Source: Rebecca billardiae RCC1528 (Eukaryota; Protista; Haptophyta). From it: DNA of 64,000 bases. The stretch spans positions 1,674,001 to 1,738,000 of the forward strand of contig OZ251233.1 in the NCBI GenBank assembly GCA_965240325.2, written 5' to 3'. Below, piece by piece: positions 1 to 10,862 of this stretch. The translations under genes and the position numbers were made by a program. The notes beneath the pieces are model-generated. The model made no database searches, was not told where the DNA came from, and saw only the letters and a list, made by a program, of their open reading frames with translations. How positions within the stretch are numbered: the stretch's first letter is position 1; each line of letters begins with the position of its first letter.

Positions 1-334
1 CGCACGAGTCCCTGCCCGAGCATCAGAGTGGTCGCAGCTTCTCTGGACGACGCTGCGACGACAGACGACGTCTCGGGCGCATTTTCGTGGGGCGAGCACG
101 ACGCGTTGTTCGGTGCGAGCAACAGACCCGCAGGCCCTTGCCGTGAATCCGCGTTCGGCGCAGAGTCGCGTGACCGCGCGCCCGGTCCAGCACGGCCACG
201 CGCCCACGGTCAGGATCGTCAGACGCCAGTGCGTGTCACATCCTCTCAGCTCTCTCTCAGTTTCAGTCACAGTCAGTTGTTTCAAAACAGAGCACATGAT
301 GCATGCATGATGCGCAAGGCACTTACTACTGTAG

Positions 335-1015
335 GTGCATCTCATCACTCACTGGTCACCGCCCGCGCTGCCCAGACGTCGTCGAAAAGGCGGGCCACAA
401 ACGCTCCGGTTGGCTTCTGCTGCCATTTCGCCAATCGCCGCCGGAGTTCGCGATTTTTCGTGTCCTCTTTCGCTCATTTTCCATTCCCGCCGCTGCTTAT
501 TGCAATGCTTGCTTGTAGTTTTCATCGCATCGTCATCTTTTGCTCTTCCGCCTGGGTCGACAGCCACAGCCGCCATCGTTGCCCTCATCTTGCCGGCGGA
601 AGCCCTCGCAAGCACGTACGGCACAATGCCGTCTGCAGAGTTGTGCGCGCTCGCCGCCGATGGCCTCGCCGACGCGGACCTCAACGTCCTAGGCGACCAC
701 TCCGACGCGTTTGTGCGCCTGCATGTGGGCGAGTATACCTTCACGTCGCCGCACGTCGACGACGACCTCGCCCCCATCTGGGCATTTTGCACCCAGGAGA
801 TCGAGGGCTGGGACGCGCCCACCGAGGTGCGTATCGAAGTACTGGATCACGACAACTTCTCCTCGGACGACCCCATAGGTGAGGTCACGGCCACACTCGA
901 TCCAGCCGTTGACGTGGACACGTGGCTCGATCTCGTGCCGCAGGGGCGTGTGCACCTGCGCGTCCGAGCAAGGGAGCACCCGAATCCAGCCACGCCGCCA
1001 GCCAGCCCGCCGCCA

Positions 1016-1092
<77 letters not shown>

Positions 1093-1582
1093 AAGCCCAA
1101 GCCCAAGCCCGGAGGCACGCGTCAGCCCGAGCCCGAGCCTGCCCGTGCTACCGCCTCCGCCTTCGCCCACCGCAGACGTCTTTGCTCTCCCAGCCTCCGT
1201 CGAGCCACAGCTCGAGCCAGCTGGTGCGCACACTGCGGGCGCGGTCATCCTTGTGATCATGCTCGTCATCGCCGCGGCAGCTTCGCTCTTTGCTCTCGGG
1301 CGTGCCGTGCGCCTCCGTGCAAAGCGCTGGAGGGACGGTGGGCGGCTGATCCGCACGCACTCATCCGCCCACCCGCGCTGGCGACGCGCTGTCGACGGGC
1401 CAATCGCACCCGTCGGTGATGACGGCGACGACCTGCGCGTCATCGAGCTAGTGCAAGCTATTCCGATCGACGACAGCGTCCGCGTCGACGCGGAGGGCGT
1501 TGTCGTCGGCTCGGGTGTCGCCCAACAACCGCCCAACTACACGACGGCAGTGCTGAGCGACAAGCCTGCACTCGTCAACTGA
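335..1582 (+). CDS. C2-domain, Ser-Pro repeat, single-pass membrane protein (true start uncertain; first in-frame ATG at 626)
   Basis: C2-like segment ADGLADAD...SDAFVRL...APIW...[19 protein letters not shown], then an (SP)n stalk, a hydrophobic helix [19 protein letters not shown] and a basic stop-transfer [11 protein letters not shown]. Confidence 0.75.
1011..1110 (+). repeat. (CCGAGC)n/(CCAAGC)n hexamer repeat encoding Pro-Ser
   Basis: Directly visible tandem hexamers in frame with the C2 ORF. Confidence 0.95.
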
Positions 1583-1790
1583 TACAGTCTGAACTTGTGA
1601 ACTGCTGTCTGTGAAGCCGGCCGGCGGTGCCTATGATGTCGTCGCACTTATTATCTGAGCAACGCTCATGTCGGATGATTCGGCAGTGGTCTGTATATAG
1701 CAATAAGCTATTCACTTACCACATCAGTGCAGACGGATCAACCGGCTCTCATCTGTGATGATGATTGATGAGTCATTGTCAGCCCGATCA

Positions 1791-3590
1791 TCAGCCGTCG
1801 TGCGGATTGGCCGGAATCGGATTCGGCTGCGCGCCGCCACCAGCGGCGGCCAGTCTTTGCTCTGCTCGGGGCGTGAGCGCAGCGTAGCTGAGCTTGGGCA
1901 TGATCGGGGCCAGCGTGGTGCCCGTGTGGTAGGCGATGGGCGCGCTGCGCTCGCTGGGATCTGCGAGGCCGATCTGCCAGCTGTCCACGAGGCCTGCGAG
2001 GAGCGCGCGCATCTCCAGCGACGCGACGCGATAGCCCGGGCACTTGCGCGCGCCCGCGGAGAAGGGCGCGGACAGGATCGGGTGGTCGAGAACCTCGGCC
2101 GCCGTGCCCTTCCGCGCCGCCACGCCCTCCGGGAGCCAGCGCTCGGGGCGGAAGGCCTCAGGCTCGTCGAGGAGGCGCGGGTCCAGCACGAGCGAGTGGT
2201 TGTCCAGCGCGACGAGCGCGCCGCGCGGCACGCGGAAGCCAGACAGCTCGACGTCCTCCTCCATCTGCTTGATGGAGGAGAGCACGAGCGCCGGCGTGAG
2301 GCGGTGGGCCTCGCGCACCACCGCCTTGAGGTAGGGCAGCCCCCCGCCCGGCGCGCCCGCCCCGTCTCCGCCGATGGCCGCCTCAAGCGGGCCCTCGGCC
2401 AGCGCCGCGCGCACCTCCTCGCGCACGCGCTGCTGCACCGCCGGCTCCCGCGCCAGGTGGGCGAGCGTCCAGCAGGTGATGGAGGACGTCGTGTCCACCG
2501 ACGCGATGAGCGTGAGCGACACCGCGGCGACGATGTCCTCGTCTGCCAGCGTCGGCCGCCCCGTCTCCGCGGCCTCCGCCCGCTGGCGGCGCAGCGTGTT
2601 CACAGCATAGGAGCGCTGCTCTGCGTCCGTGAAGGCCGCGCCGCGGTCCCAGCGCTCGATGATGTCCCGCACCGCCTCGTCCGAGTAGTCCAGCGCGTCC
2701 AGCATGGCCCGCTCAAAGCCGCGGCGCTTGCCCGACTTGAGCCCCAGCCCGCGCGCGAGCAGCGACGGCAGGTGCTGCATCACCGGCACGAGGCTGTCGA
2801 GCGCATCGATCGTGTCGCCGGCAAACTTGGACGCGGCGGGCTCCGCGGCGCCGGGGGAGGGGTCCGAGGTGCGCGTGCGCCGGCCGAGGGTGAGGGTGCT
2901 GAAGAGGTCGAACGAGGCGCGCGACATGAACGCGCTCGCGTCCTCCCACAGCGGCGCATTCAGCACCACGTCGCTCGCGGCGTCCGCGATGGCCGGAGCG
3001 TAAGAAAGCGCCGCCGCGGGTGGCAACAGGTCCTTCTGAAAGCCGTGGCGCATGCGGCGCCAGTCCTCCGTGCGCGTGTAGAGCTTGGCGACGGTGCGGC
3101 CCGTCTCGCGGAAGCAGCTAATGGCGGGCCAGTGCAGCATGATGGCGCCGAACGGAAACTTGCCCTCCGCGCGCAGAGCCTTCATGAACTCGCGTGGGTC
3201 GGCGCAGATGTGCACCTCGCCCGAAAGCCCCGCGCCTATGCCGGGTATGCCGATGCGCCAGACTGGGCCGAAGCGCCGGTGCCCTTCGGCGAACGCGCGA
3301 TGATGGTCCACCGTCGCGTCCACTCGCTCACCGCTGGGGAGCGCGAGCGACTTGACCCACGGGAGGCTCCCGAGCACAGGAAGCATCGGGAAGCCAGGGG
3401 CGCGCGGGCCGGCAGTAGCGGGCGCTCCCACGGCGGGCGTAGCGGCACTCGTGGACTTGCCCGCGCGGGGGCGCAGGCTGAGACGGGCGCCGTAGCGGCG
3501 AGGCGCGGCGGCGAGGTGGCCAGCGATCGACATGACGTGTTGGGTCGCTCGTCGTCGGCCGGCCGTCAGCTGAGCTGGAGACTGGCTCAT
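1791..3590 (-). CDS. Cytochrome P450
   Basis: C-helix WRRMR, I-helix ASVDTTS, ExxR (EAHR), PERW, heme motif PFSAGARKCPG; Arg/Ala/Ser-rich transit-peptide-like N-terminus. Confidence 0.95.
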   Translation of the reverse strand: MSQSPAQLTAGRRRATQHVMSIAGHLAAAPRRYGARLSLRPRAGKSTSAATPAVGAPATAGPRAPGFPMLPVLGSLPWVKSLALPSGERVDATVDHHRAFAEGHRRFGPVWRIGIPGIGAGLSGEVHICADPREFMKALRAEGKFPFGAIMLHWPAISCFRETGRTVAKLYTRTEDWRRMRHGFQKDLLPPAAALSYAPAIADAASDVVLNAPLWEDASAFMSRASFDLFSTLTLGRRTRTSDPSPGAAEPAASKFAGDTIDALDSLVPVMQHLPSLLARGLGLKSGKRRGFERAMLDALDYSDEAVRDIIERWDRGAAFTDAEQRSYAVNTLRRQRAEAAETGRPTLADEDIVAAVSLTLIASVDTTSSITCWTLAHLAREPAVQQRVREEVRAALAEGPLEAAIGGDGAGAPGGGLPYLKAVVREAHRLTPALVLSSIKQMEEDVELSGFRVPRGALVALDNHSLVLDPRLLDEPEAFRPERWLPEGVAARKGTAAEVLDHPILSAPFSAGARKCPGYRVASLEMRALLAGLVDSWQIGLADPSERSAPIAYHTGTTLAPIMPKLSYAALTPRAEQRLAAAGGGAQPNPIPANPHDG

Positions 3591-4002
3591 GTCATCCTAT
3601 ACTCTGTATTCTTAGTCAACTGTACTGTCTCGCCTGCCTGAGCTGTGTGCGTCTCTTATTCTTAGTCAACTGTATCCGATGCAGTACTCACAAGTAGTAC
3701 ATGTAGTAGTAGTACATTGGTAAGACGTCATGCTGCTACTCCTAGACGAGCGCGCGCATGCCTGTGCGGCGGCGGCCCAGGCGTCGACAGAGCTGGTTAC
3801 TCAGCTGCGTCGTTACTCAGCTGCGTCGGCTGCTGTCATGCGGCCGGTCTATCTCTGCACCGCCGATGTCGTGGTGCAGACCGCGTGGGGTTTGAACCAT
3901 GACTGTGAACATGATGACATGACAAGTTCACGAGTGCAACGCGACGGCGGCGTCCGACGCCGTCCTGTGTTTCAACAACTACTGAACCGTGCTGATGACG
4001 AG

Positions 4003-5544
4003 TCAAAAGATATCGCCGTCGTAGTCGTCGTCGCCGCTGATGCCCTCACCGTCGTCATCATCGTGGATGCAGCTGGCGCCGATCTCCTCGTCGTCGCCGT
4101 TCCCTTGCTGGTTGTCCGCCTCCTCGTCGGCCTCGTGACAGTCGGAGTGGTGCCGCGCGGCCGCAGCGCTAGACATCTTCCGAGAGCAGTGTGCATCAAG
4201 TAGCTGGCGAATGTGCGCATGAGCGCCATCGCCGCCGCTCGCGGTCTCGAGGCCGAGCAGCCGCGCACGCACGGCAGCCGAAGTGCTCTGCTGCGCGACG
4301 GCAACGATCGCAGTTGCCAGCTCAGGCACCCATCGCTCACGGATGAGCGCGTCAGCACGCTCGGCGCGCGAGCAGAGGGCGGCCTGCGCAGCCGGGGAGC
4401 GTGCGCGCAGGTCCAGCAGCGCGCCAGTCACCGCACTCGTGCCGACCCGTCGCTGCTCCGGCGTGAGCTCGTCCCAGTGGTGCACCGTCGCTCGGCCCTG
4501 TGCACCCAGCGCGAGGACGAAGACTCGCACCGTTATGTAAAGCCGCGGCGCGCATGCGGTGCTACCCGCACCCAGTCCGCCGCTGCCTTCGGCCAGACGG
4601 ACGCGCAAGGCGGCTCGGACGGGCGCGTCGTCTCCGAGGCCGTGAAGCCCAGAAGCTCGTGGCGATGCATCCAGGCCCTCGCCATCGCCCTGCGCATCGC
4701 CTGCCCAGCCGTAGCCACTGTCGCCGGCCCCACTTCTGCTCGCCGGCGGCCTCGCCGGCTCGATCCCGAATTGCTTCCACTCGACCGACCCGATGACCTC
4801 CTCCGAGAAGCGGCGGCGCTTGTGCGCGGGGAGCGGCAGGCCGTCGATCAGCGGGAGCACAAGCGCGCATGGGCCGTTGACCTCCGCCGCAGCGGGCGCA
4901 TCGTGCACGGCCGTCGCGAGCACGAGCACCCCGGCGCTCTCCGCTTGGCACGCGCCGACCTCCTGAGCGCTCGTCCCGAGCCACTGTGCGGTCACCTCGC
5001 GGGCGCTCGGGAGCGGCGGCTCGTACTCGATGGTCATGCACGCCTTCACGCCCTGCTGACCAGGCTGCGCTCCCTCGTCGCCGTCGAGGAGCTCCAGCTG
5101 CACGCTGAGCGGGCTGTCTGCGCCCGCCAGCGCATGGTGCAGGTACGCGCGCACGTCCGGGAGCGCGAGCGCGCCCTCGGGCAGCGGCGTGCGGCGCCAC
5201 TCGAAGCGCGCGCGATCACGGTCTGTGTCAACTCCAGCTGAGCTGATCTCGTGCACGCAGCCGCGCTCGTCGACCTCAATCGCTCGGTGCGTGGCGGCCC
5301 CAAGCGCGCGCCACGCGATGCATGCGCTGCTCGCGCGGTGCCACGATGCGTTGAGCGCGAGCGCGGAGGGCGCGTGAAGCAGCTGCTCTCCGTCGTGCTC
5401 AGCGGTGATCACGTCCTCGCCAATGCGTACGCGCACGCGCGTGGGCCGACCGGGGAGCACGTCCTCCTGCATCCACTCGAGCGCGTGCCATAGTGCGTCC
5501 ACCGCCAGGTGCGACATGACCGCTCGGCGGCCACCCGCGCGCAT
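4003..5544 (-). CDS. TOPOVIB-like protein (MTOPVIB/TOP6BL-like, putative SPO11 partner); possible start at 5517
   Basis: LPLIDGLPL...GSVEWKQFGI resembles the TopoVIB WxxYGL motif; AVTGALLDLR...WVPELATAIVAVAQQS...LLGL resembles the C-terminal transducer helix of plant MTOPVIB; N-terminus resembles a degenerate GHKL fold. Confidence 0.65.
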   Translation of the reverse strand: MRAGGRRAVMSHLAVDALWHALEWMQEDVLPGRPTRVRVRIGEDVITAEHDGEQLLHAPSALALNASWHRASSACIAWRALGAATHRAIEVDERGCVHEISSAGVDTDRDRARFEWRRTPLPEGALALPDVRAYLHHALAGADSPLSVQLELLDGDEGAQPGQQGVKACMTIEYEPPLPSAREVTAQWLGTSAQEVGACQAESAGVLVLATAVHDAPAAAEVNGPCALVLPLIDGLPLPAHKRRRFSEEVIGSVEWKQFGIEPARPPASRSGAGDSGYGWAGDAQGDGEGLDASPRASGLHGLGDDAPVRAALRVRLAEGSGGLGAGSTACAPRLYITVRVFVLALGAQGRATVHHWDELTPEQRRVGTSAVTGALLDLRARSPAAQAALCSRAERADALIRERWVPELATAIVAVAQQSTSAAVRARLLGLETASGGDGAHAHIRQLLDAHCSRKMSSAAAARHHSDCHEADEEADNQQGNGDDEEIGASCIHDDDDGEGISGDDDYDGDIF

Positions 5545-5555
5545 TCCACTGCGAA

Positions 5556-5706
5556 GGCGCGAAATGCGACGACCATTTCAAATGCGCGGGAAAACTGAAA
5601 ACTGAAAACTCGCGGGACGGGATCAATGCGTCGGCGGCGGGAATGTCTGCTGGATTTTGTGTCAATCGTTGAATCGCCCCACGGAATAACCGCTGGCTGA
5701 TTTGAA
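5556..5706. promoter_or_regulatory. Bidirectional promoter with E2F-like and CHR-like sites
   Basis: GGCGCGAAA (5556), GCGCGGGAAA (5584), TTTCAAA (5576) and TTTGAA (5701) between the divergent starts at 5544/5517 and 5771. Confidence 0.45.
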
Positions 5707-5770
5707 TCCCACGTTCAACGTGCGCCGCTGCCGCCGCCGGCCCACTATTCCTTTGGGCCCACCCCGCAAG

Positions 5771-8700
5771 ATGGCGTCTCGCGGGCGGAACGTCTTCAGC
5801 GGTGCGCGCAGCCTCAGCGCCGAAGCTCAGGGCGCGCGCGCCATCGCAGACCTGCCTGGTGTGGCTAACCATCGTCACATACGCCATCTCTCATCTTTGC
5901 GTGCGCCGCGCCCGCCCCGCAGCCGGCTGGGGCCGCCGGCCGCCGGCTGAGCCCGCAGTGATTGAGGAGGACGAAGAGGAGGAGGAGGAGGACACGGGCG
6001 CGGGCATAAGCGCTCGCCGCACGTCCGAGGTGAGCGAGATGAGCGAGTTCTCGGAGGAGGACTTCGCTCCTCGCGCGCGCGCCACGGCCCCGTCGGGTGC
6101 CCCCGCGCCGCCCAGTGCTGGCTCGGTGCGCACGCCTGCGCCGATGCCGTCGAGCGCCGCGACGCCGACGGCCGGCAGGTCGGACGTCTTCGCCGAGGCC
6201 GGGGGCGGCATCGAGCTCGAGGAGCTGCCAGATGCCGACGATGCGTCGAGCACGTTCAGTGGGAGCTCCGCCGCCTCCTCGCGCCGAAGGCAGCCCCGGC
6301 CGGCGCCCACGGCGCGCGACGAGTTTGCTTCGGGCGGCGGCGTGGCCAGTACCACGCCGGAGGCGCTGCTGCGCCGCGGCACCACCGGCACGAGCGACAG
6401 CGAGGAGGAGGTCTCGGAGCAGTCCGATTCGTTTACTGACGTCGAGCATATCATCGCGCAGCTGCGGAGGCCCGCGCCGCCCGATGCGGGCGGCGGCGGC
6501 AGCGCGCTCGGCAGCTGCCGCGGCAGCGCCGGCGCACGCTCCGCGTCCGCCACCTCGCTCGGCTCCCGCACGAGCTCGGGCGACGGGCACGGCGAGGCGG
6601 AGAGCCCGCGCGCCGAGCCACAGCAGCCGGCTGAGCCGAGGCGCGAGCCGGCGCCAGTGCCCGCCGCCGCCAGCGCAGCCGCCGCGCACGCACAGCCGAC
6701 GGTGCCGCTGCCGCTGCCACAGCCGCTGCGTGGCGCGGCCGCGGCACCGCCCGGCGGCGGCACCGACGGCGGCGGCGGTGCCGCCTTTGTCGAGCCCGCC
6801 GCCGCGGCGTCCTCGGGGGGCGCGGGCTTGGGCAGCGCGCGCGAGGCGCAGCGCACAGCCCAGGCCGCGGCCGCGGCGACCTCGCAAGTGGCGGCGGCCG
6901 CCGCGGCCGCCGCGGCCGCCGGGAGCGGTCGCTCCCTGGAGGCCGTCCCGCCGACCAGCCCGCGGCCGGCGGCCTCCCCACGCTCAGCGCGGGCGCAGCA
7001 CAGGCCGGTGTCGTCAGCCGCGCGGCCGCAGGCTGCTGAGCCGTGGGAGTCGCCGTCGGCTGCGCCGCACAGCGCCGCGGACGGCGCGGCCGAGGGCGCA
7101 AGCGGCAGCGCCGCGCCGCTCGCCGAGGCTGAGGTGCGCGCGCAGCGCGGCGCGGCACTGTCCTCCTCCGCCTCACACGCTTCGACCGACGGCGACGGCG
7201 CGGCGGGCGGGAGCGACGGGAGTGTGTCCGCGGCGGCGATGGCGGCGGCGATGGCGGCGATGGCGGCAGAGGAGGAGGGCGAGGACGGTGGCGTGTCCGC
7301 GGCGGCGATGGCGGCGGCGATGGCGGCGATCGCGGCAGAGGAGGAGGGCGAGGAGACTGAGAGTAGCGGCGAGCTGAGCGCCGCCGACAGCCCCGCGCCG
7401 CGCCCGGCCGCGGCGACGCCCTCCACCGGCGGCGGCGAGCGGATCAGCATGGCCGCCATGCTGGGCATGATGCACGCGCAGATGCGAACTGGCACGGCGC
7501 TCGGGCGGCAGGCGTCCGCACCGACGCCCGGCTCGGCGTCCGCGCCGGAGCCCGCGGCGGCGAACGCGGCGGCAGGCTCGCCCCTCGTGGTGCCCGCGCC
7601 GCAGCCCGGCCTTGCGCCGCCCTCGCCTGAGGGACGGCGGCCCGAGTCCGCGCCGCCCAGCTCCGCGGCGCGCGAGGAGGCGGCGGGTGCGCCGCCGCAC
7701 GCCGAGCGGACGGCGGAGGCGCCGCGCGCCTCAGCCGGTCCGAGCTGGGCGGCCGCGCGGCCGCAGCCGCAGCCCGCCGTCGCGGAGGGGGCGAGCGCCG
7801 CGCAGCCAGCCTCGAGCTGGGCGGCCGCGCGGCCGCAGCCGCAGCCTGCCGTCGCGGATTCGGCGAGCGCCGCGCAGCCAGCCTCGAGCTGGGCGGCCGC
7901 GCGGCCGCAGCCACAGCCTGCCGTCGCGGATTCGGCGAGCGCCGCGCAGCCAGCTGAGAGCGCGCGCGCAGAGGAAGTCCCGGAGGGCGCGGCACACGTG
8001 GCGGGCGGTGGGTCCGACGGCTCGGCTGCGGCGGTGCCGTGGCGCTCGCAGCTGCAGCAGGCGGCCGAGGCGAGGGAGGAGCCGCGCATCGCCGCCGCGC
8101 GCGCGCGCGCCGCGGCCGCATCGCCCGCGGGCGGAACCGTGGACATGGAGACCGCCCGTGAGCGCTTCGAGGTGGCTGTGTCCGCGGCGGGCGGTGGCGC
8201 GGGCGGAGCCGGGGGGACCGGTGCGGGCGCCGGTGCGGGCGCGGGCGGTGCCGGCGCTGGCGCCGGCGCCGGTGCCGAGGGCGAGGGCGCTGGGGCTCGG
8301 CCGCCGCCACGGCGCCCGTGGGCGCAGCCGAGCGCGGTGCCGCCGCCGAGCGCGGACGAGCGCGCGCGCGCCGCGCGGCTGGACGCGCGCGAGTCGCAGC
8401 TCGGCGCGTGGGAGCAGCAGCTGCACGCGTACGCGGCAGACCTGCAGGCGCGCGCCGTGCACCGCGAGCGGCTGTCCCGCGTGCACGAGCAGCTCACCTC
8501 CGCGCGGAGGCCCCCGGCGGAGTGGCGCGTCGTCCTCGAGCAGCGCGGCGCGACGGTGGAGCTGCTGCGCGCGGAGAACGCCCAGCTGCGCGAGGCTGCG
8601 CTGGCCGCGCGGCAGGAGGCGGTCGGCAGGGCAGCCGGCGGCTCGGGCGCGACGCCGCCGCGCGCGCACCTCCCGCCGCCCGCGTCGACGGGCTCGCTCG

Positions 8701-10562
8701 ACGCCACCGCCGCCACGCTCGTCTCGGAGCGCGCCGAGTCACGCGCGCGCATCGCGTCGCTTGAGGCTTCGGAGCGGCGGCTGCGACAGACGTCCGCGCG
8801 GCGCGAGGCGTTCGTGGGCGCGCTCGAGCGCCAGTTGCACGGCTCGGCCGAGCTCGAGGCACGGCAGGGCGAGCGGCTCGCGAGCCTCACCTCCGAGCTC
8901 GCCGCCGCGCAGGAGGCCACGCAGCGCCTCTCCGCGGAGCTCTCGCGCGCGCGCATCGACAGCGTGCAGCTGGGGCTTCTGCGGGAGGAGCTGGACGGCT
9001 ATAGGGCGTCGACGCTGCTGCTCGAGAAGACAAAGGCGCAGCTGCTCGCAGAGGTGGCCGCGCTGCGCGACGGCTCGGCGCTGCAGGACACCATCGACCA
9101 GCTGCAGGAGAAGGTGGGCGCCGCCGCGGCGAACGAGGCCGCGCTGCGCGCGGAGCAGGCCGAGCGCGACGCGGCCGCGGCGGCGGAGCTCGACGCGGCG
9201 CGCGCCGCCGCGGCCAAAGAGGCGGAGGTGGCGAGGATTCTCGAGCACACGCTCGCCGCGGAAATCGCAAACTCAGAGCGCACGGCCGAGCGGCTCGGCG
9301 CGGCGGGCGGCCGCGCGCTGCGCGCGCTCGTCAACGTGCGCGCGACGGCGCGCGCGGGCGCGCTCGGCGGCGCGCTGCGGCGCTGGGCGATCGCCGCGGC
9401 GGATGCGTCGGCGCTCGAGGCACTGGACGGGCTGGCCCGGCGAGTGGCTGACCTCTCGGCCGAGGCGGCGGTGGCGGTGCAGCACGCGAGCGCGCTTGCC
9501 GAGCTCGAGTCTGGCAACCTCTCCGCCGACGAGGAGCGCCGGCTGTACGGCGTCACGCGCGAGCAGCTCGAGACCGACGCGCACGAGCTCGCGCGCCAGC
9601 TCAAGGCCACCTCGGACGCGCTCGCGCTCAGCTCGGCGCGGCTGCAGCGGCGGGAGGACGACCTCGTGTTGCTGCTGCGGCGGTACGAGGAGCAGGCGGG
9701 GCGCGCGGACGCGCTCTCGCGCAAGCTGGGCGCGCTGCACGCCGCCGACGCGCCGCACGCCTCCCGCGCGAGCGCGGCCGCGCGCGAGCGCGAGCGCGCC
9801 GCGGCGCTGGCGCAGGGACACGAGGGCGCTGACATGCCGACGCGGCTGAGCAGCGCGCTTGTCGCCATCGTCGACGAGCGCGACGGCTGGCGCGCGCGCG
9901 CCGTCGACGCGCAGGCGGCGAACGAGCGATTGGCTGAGGAGCTGCGCACGCGCGCGCACGAGGCGAGCCTGCTGCGCCGCGAGCTCGCGCTCGCGCGCAC
10001 GGGCGGCGGGCCCCAGGCCGGCCTGGGCGCGCGGCTGCGCGCGCGCGAGGCCGCCCTTGGCGCACTGCTTACACACGTGCACGCGCTTGCAGAGTGCGCC
10101 GAGCTCTCGAGCTCGCGCGCGCGCGAGGCGCGGCGCCGCCTCTTCGCCGCGGCGGCGCGCGCGTTCCAGGAGCTCCACGCCGCGTCGCTCTCGGCGGGTG
10201 AGCGCCCCGCCGCCTTCGGCCAGCTCTACGCCGCGCTGGGCGAGGGCGAGCCGGGCGCCATTCTGCCGCCCGCCGCCTACTCGGTCGGAGCGCCGCCGCG
10301 CGCCGCGCTCGAGCTGCTCGGCGGCGCGGCGAGCAACAACCGCGCCGGCGGCGGTGTGCCGCCGGGGGGCGGAGCGCCATCGGGCCAGAGTGGCGGCTCC
10401 GCTATGGACGCGGGCGGCGCGCTCGGCGAGGCCTCGTCGCCCGATGCCGCCGCCGCGGGGGAGCAGCACACAGCTGCCGGTCGTGTCGGTGCAGCACACG
10501 GGCCGAGCGCCGCGGGGGGGGCGGCAGACGAGTCTTACTCTTACGACGGCCTGCGCGCATAA
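5771..10562 (+). CDS. Large protein with disordered N-half and coiled-coil C-half; exon 1 5771-5801, intron 5802-5922
   Basis: ATG 5771 (MASRGRNVFS), GTGCGC donor and CGCAG acceptor restore the frame of the 1586-codon ORF; heptad-rich E/R/A/L region in the C-half. Confidence 0.75.
7743..7953 (+). repeat. Three copies of a 72-bp coding repeat (SWAAARPQPQPAVAxxASAAQPAS)
   Basis: Visible in DNA and translation. Confidence 0.9.
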
Positions 10563-10762
10563 AAAGAATCATGCGCGCGAGATCGATCCATCCGTGATCG
10601 GATCGGCGCGGCGCCAGCAGAAATTCAGCGCGCAGACTCTGAGCTCTGCGTGCGAGTTACTGCGAGTATAACTTACTGTAGTATAGATAGTTGCTGCTGA
10701 TCTGCTTGAGTGATCGCGATGATCTGAAAGTGTTAAATTTCGGACGATGATCGTCGCGATAT

Positions 10763-10862
10763 ATCCATCCGAATTCCGACGATCATATCATCATCAAAGA
10801 TCAATCATTATATATAATGATTGATCTTTGATGATGATATGATCGTCGGAATTCGGATGGAT
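10763..10862. repeat. Perfect 100-bp palindrome with no spacer
   Basis: ATCCATCCGAATTCCGACGATCATATCATCATCAAAGATCAATCATTATA is followed immediately by its exact reverse complement. Confidence 0.95.

Noticed and set aside
1755-3641. Long antisense and alternative-frame ORFs (e.g. 1755-3641 +, 5891-8956 -, 26100-27521 -, 38819-40477 -)
   Set aside because: Shadow ORFs of real genes caused by high GC3; no recognisable motifs
7743-7953. Regularly spaced repeats resembling a CRISPR array
   Set aside because: Tandem in-frame coding repeats without unique spacers; eukaryotic context and no cas genes
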